Part shown: positions 1-9,699 of the stretch, piece by piece
How positions within the stretch are numbered: the stretch's first letter is position 1
Layout: every line of letters begins with the position of its first letter
Source of the DNA: a virus
Taxonomy: Duplodnaviria; Caudoviricetes
Direction: 5' to 3' (one strand)
Virus record (IMG/VR): IMGVR_UViG_3300025168_000086
Location: 1-61,750 of that record
Length of the DNA stretch: 61,750 bases
The notes under the pieces: generated by a model
What the model saw: only the letters and a program-made list of their open reading frames with translations
What the model was told of the DNA's origin: nothing
Database searches by the model: none
Program-made: the position numbers and the translations under genes

Positions 1-1
1 C

Positions 2-775
2 CAGCCTGTGCTGGAAGGTAAGGGTGTCTTCCTCAAGAAGACCGGTGAGTGGATCACTCCTGCTGATGGCTTCGTTGTGTTCGCTACTGCCAACACCAAG
101 GGTGAGGGTTCCGATGATGGCATGTTCACCCATACCAACATCCAGAACGAGGCTTTCCTCGACCGTTTCGCATTCACCTATGATCAGGCGTATGCAACCA
201 AAGCCGTCGAGAGAAAGATCCTGACCAAGAAGGCTGAGAAGTATGGCACCAATGATCCGGGGTTCCTTGACAATCTGGTGACATGGGCAGAGGTGACACG
301 CAAAGCCTTCACTGAGGGTGCTGTTGAGAAGGTGATCTCTACTCGCCGTCTGGAGGATGCCGTCAAAGCCTTTGCGATGTTCGGTGACCGCATGAAGTCG
401 GTGGATCTGGTTCTGGCTCGTTTCGATGAGTCCACCCGTGAAGCCTTCTCCAATCTCTACACCAAGGTGGATGCCGATGTGCACATGCCTGCTGATGAGG
501 AGGGACCGTGGTATGATAATCCTGCCAACTGGGAGGACTGTGAGCGTGTGGTCGTGGATGTGTCGTACACAGAGAAGGATACCTTCAGAGCAGACTATCC
601 TACAGCCCAGTGGGACATCGCTGGCAAGTACTGGTACATCCCCAAGGACGATGTCATCAACATGATGAGGGATACGAATGGTCTTGTTGGAGAGAGGTGG
701 GAGAAGCTGCTGCCTCGCAATCCTCGCAAGCTCTCCATCGGTGAGAACATTCTCAACATGGCAACGAATTCATAA
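2..775 (+). CDS. cobS: CobS/MoxR-like AAA+ ATPase (5'-truncated) with C-terminal DUF5710-like domain
   Basis: ATANTKG sensor, NEAFLDRF arginine finger and ISTRRL motifs of phage CobS-like proteins; tail VDVSYTEKD...AQWD...KYWYIP resembles DUF5710. Confidence 0.85.
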   Translation, partial: QPVLEGKGVFLKKTGEWITPADGFVVFATANTKGEGSDDGMFTHTNIQNEAFLDRFAFTYDQAYATKAVERKILTKKAEKYGTNDPGFLDNLVTWAEVTRKAFTEGAVEKVISTRRLEDAVKAFAMFGDRMKSVDLVLARFDESTREAFSNLYTKVDADVHMPADEEGPWYDNPANWEDCERVVVDVSYTEKDTFRADYPTAQWDIAGKYWYIPKDDVINMMRDTNGLVGERWEKLLPRNPRKLSIGENILNMATNS

Positions 776-793
776 TTGAAAGGACCGAACACG

Positions 794-1006
794 ATGATGT
801 ATGAAGCCGACATGGAATGGACCGAAACCCGTCACTTTACTGCCACTGCTATATCGATTGAAGTGCCTGATGATATCCCCGAAGATGAGGTTCAAGCCTG
901 GATCGCGGACAACATCTGGGTGGAAGGAAACCCATACGCACACTCAGATGATGGCTACATCGACGAGATTGATAATGATGAAGTGCTGGAAGTGAGGGCG
1001 ATCTGA
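794..1006 (+). CDS. small acidic hypothetical protein
   Basis: ORF after AAAGGA RBS; stop overlaps next ATG (TGATG). Confidence 0.65.
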   Translation: MMYEADMEWTETRHFTATAISIEVPDDIPEDEVQAWIADNIWVEGNPYAHSDDGYIDEIDNDEVLEVRAI

Positions 1007-1113
1007 TGTATATTCCAAGTGACGAGATGCTCGATTGGATGCCTGTGATGCTCTCTGAGGATGAAGCCCGTGAGCTTCTCGGAGAAGAGGATCTGGACGG
1101 CAAACTGGTATAG
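1006..1113 (+). CDS. 35-aa acidic hypothetical protein (MYIPSDEMLDW...GKLV)
   Basis: Translated by hand; TGATG coupling to the upstream ORF; ends just before a terminator. Confidence 0.55.
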   Translation: MYIPSDEMLDWMPVMLSEDEARELLGEEDLDGKLV

Positions 1114-1122
1114 TGTTCATAG

Positions 1123-1158
1123 GTGCCTCTCGGAGCGATTCGGGAGGCACTTTTTTTT
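1123..1158 (+). terminator. Rho-independent terminator
   Basis: GTGCCTC...GAGGCAC stem followed by T8. Confidence 0.9.
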
Positions 1159-1189
1159 CACTATTTTCACCGAATACACTGTATACACC

Positions 1190-1217
1190 TTGTATACACT
1201 CTGAGACATGGTAAAAT
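1190..1217 (+). promoter_or_regulatory. sigma70-type promoter with extended -10, probably leaderless
   Basis: TTGTAT-16 nt-TAAAAT with TGn; ATG at 1224 only 6 nt after the -10; no SD. Confidence 0.7.
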
Positions 1218-1223
1218 ACACTC

Positions 1224-3389
1224 ATGAACAAGAACACCAACAACGTCAACATCACTGCCAAAGACAGCTTCGCACGGGTACTTGCCACCGAGAACATTCA
1301 TGTTTCTCATGATGGCAATGCCTCGACTGCATCGTTCAACACTCAGAGCCGTGTCCTCACCCTGCCTCGTTGGGAGTCCATGGGCAGTCAACTCTACGAC
1401 ATGCTCGTGGCACATGAGGTTGGACACGCACTGTACACACCGGCTGACATCGATTCTGTTCGCGCCCTTGCAGCCAAGCACGGTGTCGATCTCATGGTTG
1501 CCAAGGACTACATCAATGTGGTCGAGGATGCCCGCATCGAGCGTCTCATGAAGCAGAAGTTCCCCGGTCTCCGCCGTGACTTCATCTTTGCCTACAACGA
1601 TCTGCTCAAGCGTGAATTCTTCGGTGAAAATGCCCTTGACGCTGACAAGGTTGCTGCCATGCAATTGATCGACCGTATCAACCTGCACTACAAGGCTGGT
1701 ACCGTTGGGGCTTGCATTGACTTCGACACCGTTGAGCGACCGTTCGTTGATCAGATCGATGCCGCTGAGACTTGGGATGCCATCATCGACTGTGCTGATG
1801 CCCTTCTTGAGTATGCTGGTGCCATTCCCAAGCAGGAGTCTGATCAGACTCCACAGGATGGTGATCAGGGACTTCCTGACACCGGCGATGACTCTGATGA
1901 CTCTGATGAGTCCAGCATCGGTGACGATGACGGTGACATCGATGGTGATGATGGTGATGCTGGTGAGCCACTCACCAGTGAGAAGACTGATGATCAGCCA
2001 AAGTCTACCACTTCTGGCAGTGACATCTCAGCCACCGATCAGCATGACGATACCACTCCCATCGAGCGGTCTGAGACGCAGCAGAAGTTCGATGAGAACG
2101 TGGACCGACTCCGCACCAACTCCGGTGGCGCAGACAAATTCGTCGGTGTGCCTAAGCTTGCTCTCGACAAAGTGATGATCGACTGGACTGAACTCTACGG
2201 TACGGGCGAGAAGAGCGTCAACGGACACTACTCCGATGCCAAGACCTCACTCGAAACTCTCGACGAGGTTGACCGCTTCCTTGACGAGTCCCGCAAGACC
2301 TGTCGCTCCATGGCTCAGGAGTTCCTCCGCAAGCAGAACGCCGTTGCATTCCGCCGTGCTACCATCGCCAAGACCGGCGTGCTGGACATGCAGAAGATGG
2401 TGAACTACAAGTGGTCCGAGGACATCTTCCGCAAGACTACCATCATGCCAGACGGCAAGAACCATGGACTCGTCATCGCAGTGGACTGGTCTCAGAGCAT
2501 GGATCCCGTGATGAAGGACACCATCCGACAGGCTATCCAGATGGCGATGTTCTGCCGCATGATCAACATTCCTTTCGAGATGTATTCCTTCTCGACCATC
2601 GTTCAGGGTCGCAGTTACCGCTCCACCGATTTGCCAGAATTCATCGATCCTGACACAGGCGAAAAGATCGTGGGGACTGACCTGATCATGCGGAACTACC
2701 TCTCGTCGCGTATGCCCAAGCAGATGTTCTTCGATGCCTGCAAGCGAGTCGCGATCATGTCTGAGACGTTTGGTTGGAGCGGGCAGGGTATCACTCGACA
2801 TGATGATCGTCTTGGTGCCACTCCTCTTGATGATGCAATCTACGCTCTGACCAACTGGCTTCCCAAGTATCGGACCGACAACAACATCGAGATCATGAAC
2901 ACCCTGTTCATCTCCGATGGTGCCTCTACCAGTATGCCGCTCAGAGAATCAGAAGTTATCCGTGACGGTCACCGATACTTCCGACCAGATCGGCGTTCCC
3001 GATATGGACAACCATCCACGATCCAGGCTCTGGATGTACTTCGCGCCCGAACCGGAACTCGCCTTGTTCAGTTCTTCCTGACCGAGAAGAAGTCGATCAA
3101 GAACAGTTGGTGGCTTGGACTGGGTGATGACAGGAAGCAGGAAGAGCGACAGCGAGCCGAGTACAAGAAGAACAAGTGGACCATTGCTCAGGAAAAGCAG
3201 GGCTTCGATGAGCGGTTCATCATGTTCGGCAAGAACGCAGTCCAGAATGCCGATGCATTCGAGGAGATGGGGCGCTCTGACGAGGACGGTGTGACCATCA
3301 CCAAGATCCGCAACAGCTTCGTCAAGGCTATGAAGCAGAGTGGTACCTCCCGTGCCATGCTCAACCGCTTCATCGACATCATCGCATGA
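1224..3389 (+). CDS. CobT-like protein: HExxH metallopeptidase-like domain, acidic linker, vWA domain
   Basis: AHEVGHAL, NVVEDARIE, D/G-rich linker, MIDAS VDWSQSM and FISDG; usual partner of phage CobS-like ATPases. Confidence 0.85.
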   Translation: MNKNTNNVNITAKDSFARVLATENIHVSHDGNASTASFNTQSRVLTLPRWESMGSQLYDMLVAHEVGHALYTPADIDSVRALAAKHGVDLMVAKDYINVVEDARIERLMKQKFPGLRRDFIFAYNDLLKREFFGENALDADKVAAMQLIDRINLHYKAGTVGACIDFDTVERPFVDQIDAAETWDAIIDCADALLEYAGAIPKQESDQTPQDGDQGLPDTGDDSDDSDESSIGDDDGDIDGDDGDAGEPLTSEKTDDQPKSTTSGSDISATDQHDDTTPIERSETQQKFDENVDRLRTNSGGADKFVGVPKLALDKVMIDWTELYGTGEKSVNGHYSDAKTSLETLDEVDRFLDESRKTCRSMAQEFLRKQNAVAFRRATIAKTGVLDMQKMVNYKWSEDIFRKTTIMPDGKNHGLVIAVDWSQSMDPVMKDTIRQAIQMAMFCRMINIPFEMYSFSTIVQGRSYRSTDLPEFIDPDTGEKIVGTDLIMRNYLSSRMPKQMFFDACKRVAIMSETFGWSGQGITRHDDRLGATPLDDAIYALTNWLPKYRTDNNIEIMNTLFISDGASTSMPLRESEVIRDGHRYFRPDRRSRYGQPSTIQALDVLRARTGTRLVQFFLTEKKSIKNSWWLGLGDDRKQEERQRAEYKKNKWTIAQEKQGFDERFIMFGKNAVQNADAFEEMGRSDEDGVTITKIRNSFVKAMKQSGTSRAMLNRFIDIIA

Positions 3390-3541
3390 AGAAGAAGGCA
3401 CCCAAATCGAAGCGTGGATCCCAGTGGAACAAGGATGGGGCGGGGCGACAATCGCTCCGCTCCAAGACATGGAGTAGGCAAGATGACAGAGATCCAAAGA
3501 GAATCAGACGAGAGTGGAAAAAAGGTCCTGATGGAGATTGA
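3386..3541 (+). CDS. 51-aa basic hypothetical protein (MKKKAPKSKRGSQW...GPDGD)
   Basis: ATGA overlap with the upstream stop; translated by hand. Confidence 0.5.
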   Translation: MKKKAPKSKRGSQWNKDGAGRQSLRSKTWSRQDDRDPKRIRREWKKGPDGD

Positions 3542-3671
3542 ACTCGATGATCACATTGCGAACGGTCTGAATATGATGGTGTTCAAGACACAGACGAGTG
3601 GCAGAAAAGATGTCTGGGATGCGCGGCAATGCGTGAAAGAACTGATCAATCGATACCAAGAGGTCCGTTGA
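3531..3671 (+). CDS. small hypothetical protein
   Basis: ATG at 3531 overlaps the previous ORF end; start uncertain (track start 3414). Confidence 0.45.
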   Translation: MEIELDDHIANGLNMMVFKTQTSGRKDVWDARQCVKELINRYQEVR

Positions 3672-3682
3672 TAGTAGCCACT

Positions 3683-4819
3683 TCAGGGTGTGGAACCGAA
3701 CCGCTCTTCACCAGAGGCTTTATTCGCCCGAGAGAATCCCTGCTCACCACGGCGAACAAACTTCACTGGTGTATGCCCTTCAAGAGACGAGACAAGACCC
3801 TCATGTTCAGAGTAATGTTTGTTGCCTTTAGGAGTCAGAGAGAAGTTACTGGCATTGTTACGCAGGGAGTTCGATACTTCATTGGTGACCGAGGTGAGAC
3901 TGTTATGGGCGTTGAGCATGTTGGTGAAGTGGTGCTCGTTGTCGTTGATAAGATTGGTATGACTCTCCAGTTCCTTTGTCTGAAGCCCACCTGACACCTT
4001 CCTCTTCTCCACATGCCCTTGCATGAACGTGCGAAGGCCGTCCACCGATACCTTACCGTCTGTTCTCGCAGAGTTATTTGAGTAGGCTTGAATCATGGTA
4101 GAGAACTTCTTGTTCTGAGGTAGACTCTGAGCGAATTCGGCTGTTCCTTCAGAACCCATCGAACGTCGAGCATCGCTCATGTGCTGGTTGATATCGTGGT
4201 GTCTGTCTTTCGATAGATTCATGTTCATCTTCTTGTGAACGTGGAGGTTGGGTGTGTGGACTCCTTCACCCTTTAGTTGAGACATATCAGGAACATTCGA
4301 TGTTCTCGTGATGCTATCTCCTGCAACAGCGAACTGACCGTGGACTGCGATAGAAAGATTGTTGGGATGAGATGTCTTGTATGAGATTGTGTTTGGCGTA
4401 TGTGTGGAGTCTGAATGTTCTGGGGTGTGTAGAACGTCAGCTTGGAATGCTGTCCCCGGCTTAAGCCCTTTCATCTTCGATGCTCCAGACAGGAGTGGAG
4501 ATAAAGTATCAATCATATGTTGTTTGCCTGTTCTTGCGATTGAGTCGTGATTATAATGTCGTTCCTTGCCCGACTTATATGAGACGAAATGATCACCACC
4601 TCGATCCTTTCCCACAATTACGCTCATGCCGCCATCTGCTTTCAAGGACAGATCATGCCCTTTCGTGATCGAGTTGTTGAACCTCTTAGTTGTGGCATCA
4701 ACGTGAGCGAACGCACTCTCGTGATTGCCACTTAAGACTAGATCGGACAGGTGTGTGAGGTGACCTGTAGTCTGAACGTCCTCTGTCATATATTGAATAT
4801 GTTGTGTGAATGTGTGCAT
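3683..4819 (-). CDS. DUF6267-like protein with ligase/nucleotidyltransferase-like motifs; His-rich
   Basis: HLTHLSD, LKADG (KxDG), EHEGLV, VKFVRR..FSRAN resemble a conserved T4-like cyanophage family; AGGAG RBS. Confidence 0.65.
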   Translation of the reverse strand: MHTFTQHIQYMTEDVQTTGHLTHLSDLVLSGNHESAFAHVDATTKRFNNSITKGHDLSLKADGGMSVIVGKDRGGDHFVSYKSGKERHYNHDSIARTGKQHMIDTLSPLLSGASKMKGLKPGTAFQADVLHTPEHSDSTHTPNTISYKTSHPNNLSIAVHGQFAVAGDSITRTSNVPDMSQLKGEGVHTPNLHVHKKMNMNLSKDRHHDINQHMSDARRSMGSEGTAEFAQSLPQNKKFSTMIQAYSNNSARTDGKVSVDGLRTFMQGHVEKRKVSGGLQTKELESHTNLINDNEHHFTNMLNAHNSLTSVTNEVSNSLRNNASNFSLTPKGNKHYSEHEGLVSSLEGHTPVKFVRRGEQGFSRANKASGEERFGSTP

Positions 4820-4834
4820 GATGACTCTCCTTGT

Positions 4835-4842
4835 TATTTATG
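4835..4842 (-). promoter_or_regulatory. T4 late-promoter variant CATAAATA
   Basis: Lies between the terminator and the RBS of ORF 4819. Confidence 0.55.
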
Positions 4843-4877
4843 AAAAGACAGCAGGCGGTGATTTCTCACCGCCTGCT
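4843..4877 (-). terminator. Rho-independent terminator
   Basis: AGCAGGCGGTGA/TCACCGCCTGCT 12-bp stem, then GTCTTTT on the minus strand. Confidence 0.85.
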
Positions 4878-4908
4878 ATTCTAAAATTTAAAACGTTAAT
4901 GGTTAGAT

Positions 4909-7900
4909 TCAACCACCACCTAGTGCTGGTGGTATAATTATTGCGGGTTTGGTAGCTGATGTTGGATCTGGGATATCACCAGATGAGAACACCTGCTGAA
5001 CCTTGGCGAGTGTGGGTTTAGCCAAAGTCTCACCATCTCCCCCACCTTGGTTATCAGTAACCTGCCCGGTGTCAGTTCTGTTCTGAAGTCCAAGTCTAGA
5101 TTGCTCCTTAGCACTCAATTTAGCTTTGACATCAGCGGCTAGGTTGACTCCGGGGTTACCCTCGAAGACTTCGACGAGTCCCAATGAACTCTTACCAGCT
5201 TCGGGTGTCTTTACACCAAGAATGTCGTAAGCCTCAATACCGTGACCAACTCTGTTGCTGTCACCGGAAGCGGAACCACCACTCATCTCACCACCTGATG
5301 TAAGCCCAAACACCGCGTGTGGATCATGATATCCGGTAATCCCGAATTGATCATCGATGATTTCCTTTGGCTTCATATCTGCATTATCTATGACGGCTGT
5401 CGCATCATTTGAAAGATCGAATACTCCAAATGGTGAGTTTGGAATTCCACCAATCTTACCCGGATATGCAGGATAGAATATATGAGTCGTTTCCATGTTC
5501 TTGTGTGAAGTACCACCTGCCATTGGTGTGAAGAACGCAAGGTTTGAGTCACGGAAGGCTTCCGCACTCTGAGTATAAACCGTTGGCATAAAGTAACCGG
5601 GAGCCTTATTGAATCCGGGTGCTCCTGCGATATGTCGGACATCACATGGTGATCCAATTGGTCGGAAAGCAAGAGTAACTCCATCCCGATATGGGTCTGT
5701 TATGTCAAGATCGGAATTATTCCAGTCGAGCGCGGACATACATCTCTTAAAGGGAATTTCACCGAATGTTGTATCAGTTGTTTTACCAGCAAAGAATTCT
5801 TTCATCGAAGCGTTATCCCTGACAATGTGGTTGTTTTCACATCTACTACTGGCGTGATCAAACATATCACCCCAAGTTATCGATCTTGCACCCGAGTAAA
5901 GATTCAAACTCTCACCAGTTCCCCATTCACCAAATTCGCTGTTGAATTTATGGTAATCTGGAATCGATCCATTTACCTTACCCTGAAGGGTGTTCGTTAG
6001 ACGCATGTTCCTGAATAAGTGTGGTCCGGAGAATCCACCAGACTGTCCCATTCCAGTTGCTCCCAAGGTTCCTCCACCGAGAGCGGTGTTACCGGGATAT
6101 CTTGGCGTGAATGCGGAACCACCAACATACCACTTTGGAATGCTAATGTTGTAAGCGGCATTTCTCATTATATTCCGATCGATAACAAAGTGGTCAATTG
6201 AACCATTTATGTTCATGTTTTGTCCGCCTGGAGCGTCATACTGATTATCAACGTGAGCAAAGTCTTGTTGTGGGTAGCAGTATCCATATGCATGTTTTTG
6301 ACTCGCCTCAAAGTTGATTCCTGCCGAATTGTCTTTGTAACGAGTTGCCTTACCAAAAGAGTGGTGACCAAGCTGATTGTTAGACACTGATACTCTGAGA
6401 CCAGCCAAAATTCTGTTTCTCATGTGGAAGCCATTTGAGTACTGAACAAGGTCACTGTGGACTTCCTTAGAGTGATATGATCCACTGTAAGCGTGCCAGC
6501 AACATGCAATAACGGCACCCGGTGCCATTGGATACATATCACCCTTCTGTAGAATGTGCTCGTTGTGCTTCGCTACTTTAACACCCTTACAGATGTAAGA
6601 GGTGCCCCAAGTGGTCGTGTTGAAGACATAAACTCCACCAGGCCATTGCGTCGCGAGTGAGGTGGCTTGTTGTGGTAAAGCCTTCCAGTGTGAAGTATTA
6701 GTGAAATCTTGGTACGTGTTACCCTTTGAGAAGTAGCAACCATCCATGTATAGTTTCATGAGAGATATTCTACTAGTACCGTTGAACACTGGTGCGAATC
6801 CACCCATCATAAAGTCTGGCTTAAACCACAGATCTTTAAATCTAACATTCAAATCATCAACTCTGGCTCCACCATTGAAGTTCATGAGGGTGCCAGCGCC
6901 ATCGACATAGCTTTCTGGGTTACCACCAGAGTGACCTCTCATTTGTACGAATTGAGTTCCATCCGTTGCGGTGGGGGTGTTCGATAAACCAACGATGTCA
7001 ATTACCTTTTCGACGGCAAGAGCAGTTGCTACTCCACCAGTCGCTGAGTTTGACCATATAAGACGATTTTCCGCTGCTTGAGATCCATTGACAGTACCAA
7101 AGTTTGCTCGTGGCCACTGGTGAATACCACCAGATACACCAGAACCAGATGGTGACTTGAGGAAGACTTTCATGTCTGCGTTTTCTTTACACTTGGCGGC
7201 AGTTGTCCACTCACCTTCAAATACATTCTGAAGTGTTCTGTATGGTTGTGTTAAACCACCCGTTTCGGTACCTACAAATCCGGGATCGACGTACCAAACT
7301 TTTCTAGCTGTATTGGTGTTGAAGTAGAAACCTTCAGCAGCGATGCCAGGGCCCTGTGGGTTGTGCCCTCTGTAACCTGCACCACCAGAGAGAAGTTCTT
7401 CCTGAATGGTATTTGGGGTAATATGTCGAGAAATCGTTATATCACCAGCACCAGTTTTACCGGTGTGGTCGAATGTAGTACCGCGTTGCACTACTCCGTC
7501 ACCGTCAGTGTAGAAGGCTTCGGTTCTACCCTCTAGTCGAACAATCTTACCGGCGCTCTTTGGATATACAACTGCACGAACTTCATTGTAACCATTTGTC
7601 ATAGTTTTCGCTGGAATTTTCGCGTAGTATTCATTATGCTTAGTTCCCCACGTGGGGTGTGGAACGGGGCAACCTTTACTATTTACATCAAGAGTTAAGC
7701 CACCATTAAGTTGGAATTGAACTTTGTCAATGTCATTGATGTGGTGAGCCTGTAGTGTGACATAGAAATCATCTTCATATGTAAGATATGGTTGTGTTGA
7801 CCAAGCAACAATTGGTGATGCGGTGTAACCCCTAGCACCAGAAGTTCCAACGAAACCTAAATCAACGCTGTCTCCCGTACCATCACTTAAGAATCCAGTA

Positions 7901-8238
7901 CCAGCGATTAGCTGGTTCTGGTTCAACGCTCTTTGTCCAGGTCCACCAGCAGCAGCACCGTAACCAGCAGATGCACTACTTGCTGCGTCGGCAGCATCTG
8001 CGGCATTTGAACTTGTACTACGACTTTCTAGAGCTTCAATTAATGAGAATTGCAAATTCTGCAATTCGACATCAGTTATCTTAGCTCCAGTATTCACGTC
8101 TTCCCACATCTGCGACTCACCAAGCCATCCGAATACTCTACCATCGTCGAGGTGAATTCTTCTGGAAAATCTATTGTGATCTATTGTTGACTTTGCAGGC
8201 AAATGCTCATTAATTTTCTTGTCGTTGTTGGCGCCCAT
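4909..8238 (-). CDS. 1109-aa virion/surface protein: Ig-like domain, DUF1565-like motif, beta-helix
   Basis: WYVDP...GGLTQPYRTLQ motif; paralogous blocks shared with 32482..34353; Gly/Thr-rich; late promoter upstream. Confidence 0.6.
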   Translation of the reverse strand: MGANNDKKINEHLPAKSTIDHNRFSRRIHLDDGRVFGWLGESQMWEDVNTGAKITDVELQNLQFSLIEALESRSTSSNAADAADAASSASAGYGAAAGGPGQRALNQNQLIAGTGFLSDGTGDSVDLGFVGTSGARGYTASPIVAWSTQPYLTYEDDFYVTLQAHHINDIDKVQFQLNGGLTLDVNSKGCPVPHPTWGTKHNEYYAKIPAKTMTNGYNEVRAVVYPKSAGKIVRLEGRTEAFYTDGDGVVQRGTTFDHTGKTGAGDITISRHITPNTIQEELLSGGAGYRGHNPQGPGIAAEGFYFNTNTARKVWYVDPGFVGTETGGLTQPYRTLQNVFEGEWTTAAKCKENADMKVFLKSPSGSGVSGGIHQWPRANFGTVNGSQAAENRLIWSNSATGGVATALAVEKVIDIVGLSNTPTATDGTQFVQMRGHSGGNPESYVDGAGTLMNFNGGARVDDLNVRFKDLWFKPDFMMGGFAPVFNGTSRISLMKLYMDGCYFSKGNTYQDFTNTSHWKALPQQATSLATQWPGGVYVFNTTTWGTSYICKGVKVAKHNEHILQKGDMYPMAPGAVIACCWHAYSGSYHSKEVHSDLVQYSNGFHMRNRILAGLRVSVSNNQLGHHSFGKATRYKDNSAGINFEASQKHAYGYCYPQQDFAHVDNQYDAPGGQNMNINGSIDHFVIDRNIMRNAAYNISIPKWYVGGSAFTPRYPGNTALGGGTLGATGMGQSGGFSGPHLFRNMRLTNTLQGKVNGSIPDYHKFNSEFGEWGTGESLNLYSGARSITWGDMFDHASSRCENNHIVRDNASMKEFFAGKTTDTTFGEIPFKRCMSALDWNNSDLDITDPYRDGVTLAFRPIGSPCDVRHIAGAPGFNKAPGYFMPTVYTQSAEAFRDSNLAFFTPMAGGTSHKNMETTHIFYPAYPGKIGGIPNSPFGVFDLSNDATAVIDNADMKPKEIIDDQFGITGYHDPHAVFGLTSGGEMSGGSASGDSNRVGHGIEAYDILGVKTPEAGKSSLGLVEVFEGNPGVNLAADVKAKLSAKEQSRLGLQNRTDTGQVTDNQGGGDGETLAKPTLAKVQQVFSSGDIPDPTSATKPAIIIPPALGGG

Positions 8239-8285
8239 TATGGATTTCCTTCTTAATATAGTTTGTTTTGGGTGTACACATAGAG

Positions 8286-8297
8286 TATTTATAAATA
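8286..8297. promoter_or_regulatory. overlapping divergent T4 late promoters (palindrome TATTTATAAATA)
   Basis: Perfect TATAAATA on both strands between divergent ORFs 8238(-) and 8338(+). Confidence 0.85.
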
Positions 8298-8337
8298 ATT
8301 ATGAGTTTAGATTACACCACCAAATAAAGGATCGATT

Positions 8338-9333
8338 ATGTCTGATAAAACAACCGAGAACAAACAACAGAAATCACGATTTGGTCAAGTTATATCAGAA
8401 AATGTAGCTTTATCTTCCGCAGAACAGAGGCGAATAGACGATGAGATGAAAAAGATGAACGACAATATCGCACGGGAGGTTGAAAGAAGATCAAGAAGTC
8501 GCTTTACTGGAATAGATCCTACCAGTGATCGATATCGAGGAAGAAGAAACGAAGCAGGTGTTCGGTCCAATCCAGACTTCGATCCGACTGCACCCGGCGC
8601 ACAGGATGCAATTCGCAGAGCACAAGTACGTGATAACTTTGCTCAAGGTCGTGCTCCACAATATGGAGATCCCACACACCCATCAAGGACAGGTACTCGT
8701 GGAAGCACCTATACTGATATCGCGCAAGACAGACGAGGGGTGATTAATCCCGATCGGGAAACAGCTATTCAGGATATTATGAAAAGTGCACCAGAAGGTA
8801 GTGCAGAGCACACAAGGCTCATGGGTCTGGACGATGCAGGCTTACAAAGTGCAATTGATCAGAGAATTTCCGCAAACAACAAGGCTCAAATGGATCGTGT
8901 CAAAGCAGACCGAGAATATAGAGAAATGGAGCAGTTTGGATATCAACCAAGCAATGCCGCTGGTGGTGGACCACCAGATCCAGCTTCAACTCAGAGGTAT
9001 AGAGAAAGATCGCAGGAATACCAAGATAGACAGAGGACCGCATTTGCCGACTATAAATCTGGTGATGCTGGAGACGGAATGAGTCAACGAGACATTTTCA
9101 ATCAGGACATCGCTGCACTGAATAACCAGAGGCGGAGTGCCGGTTCTAGAGAAGACAGAATTGCCATCAATGCGAAAATTCAAGCAAGAAGACAACAAGA
9201 TCGCATAGCGAGAAGAAACATGAGAAGAGATGCTGCTGGTGGTAAATCCAGAGATGAATTTATGCAAAATGAAAATCATTTTCCCACATCTCCATCAGAA
9301 TTTGTTAAAATGTTACGTGAACAATCCAACTAA
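8338..9333 (+). CDS. R/D/Q-rich low-complexity hypothetical protein
   Basis: 331-aa ORF, AAGGA RBS, late promoter. Confidence 0.75.
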   Translation: MSDKTTENKQQKSRFGQVISENVALSSAEQRRIDDEMKKMNDNIAREVERRSRSRFTGIDPTSDRYRGRRNEAGVRSNPDFDPTAPGAQDAIRRAQVRDNFAQGRAPQYGDPTHPSRTGTRGSTYTDIAQDRRGVINPDRETAIQDIMKSAPEGSAEHTRLMGLDDAGLQSAIDQRISANNKAQMDRVKADREYREMEQFGYQPSNAAGGGPPDPASTQRYRERSQEYQDRQRTAFADYKSGDAGDGMSQRDIFNQDIAALNNQRRSAGSREDRIAINAKIQARRQQDRIARRNMRRDAAGGKSRDEFMQNENHFPTSPSEFVKMLREQSN

Positions 9334-9347
9334 AAGGAAATTATATT

Positions 9348-9641
9348 ATGCCGACTTATGATTACAAATGCAGTGCATGTGAAAACTTATGGGAAGAATT
9401 CAGTTTAATTAACGACAGAGATCAACCCACAAATAATCCTTGTCCAGAATGTGGTAAAGAAGAAGTTACTCGTGAAGTGACTGGTTATGGTATATGCGTC
9501 GATACCAATATCACACCAAACAAGAAAACTGGTGGTCAGTGGAATGAACTGATGCAGAAAATGAATAAAACTTTATCGAAGGATGCCCAAGCAGGGCTTG
9601 ATCGTGCAAGCAGTAGATCTGGTCAGCGTTGGTCAGGATAA
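9348..9641 (+). CDS. FmdB-family zinc-ribbon protein
   Basis: MPTYDYKCSAC...CPECG signature, common in T4-like phages. Confidence 0.85.
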   Translation: MPTYDYKCSACENLWEEFSLINDRDQPTNNPCPECGKEEVTREVTGYGICVDTNITPNKKTGGQWNELMQKMNKTLSKDAQAGLDRASSRSGQRWSG

Positions 9642-9699
9642 CGAGTATATATAAGTTGACCTTTTAGTTCATGATGAAATTTATGGGAATGTTTAGTTA

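Noticed and set aside
2-3389. CobS/CobT as cobalamin biosynthesis supporting nrdJ
   Set aside because: No cobN or other cob genes seen; phage CobS/vWA pairs are widespread MoxR-type chaperone modules, and the partner has a peptidase-like HExxH
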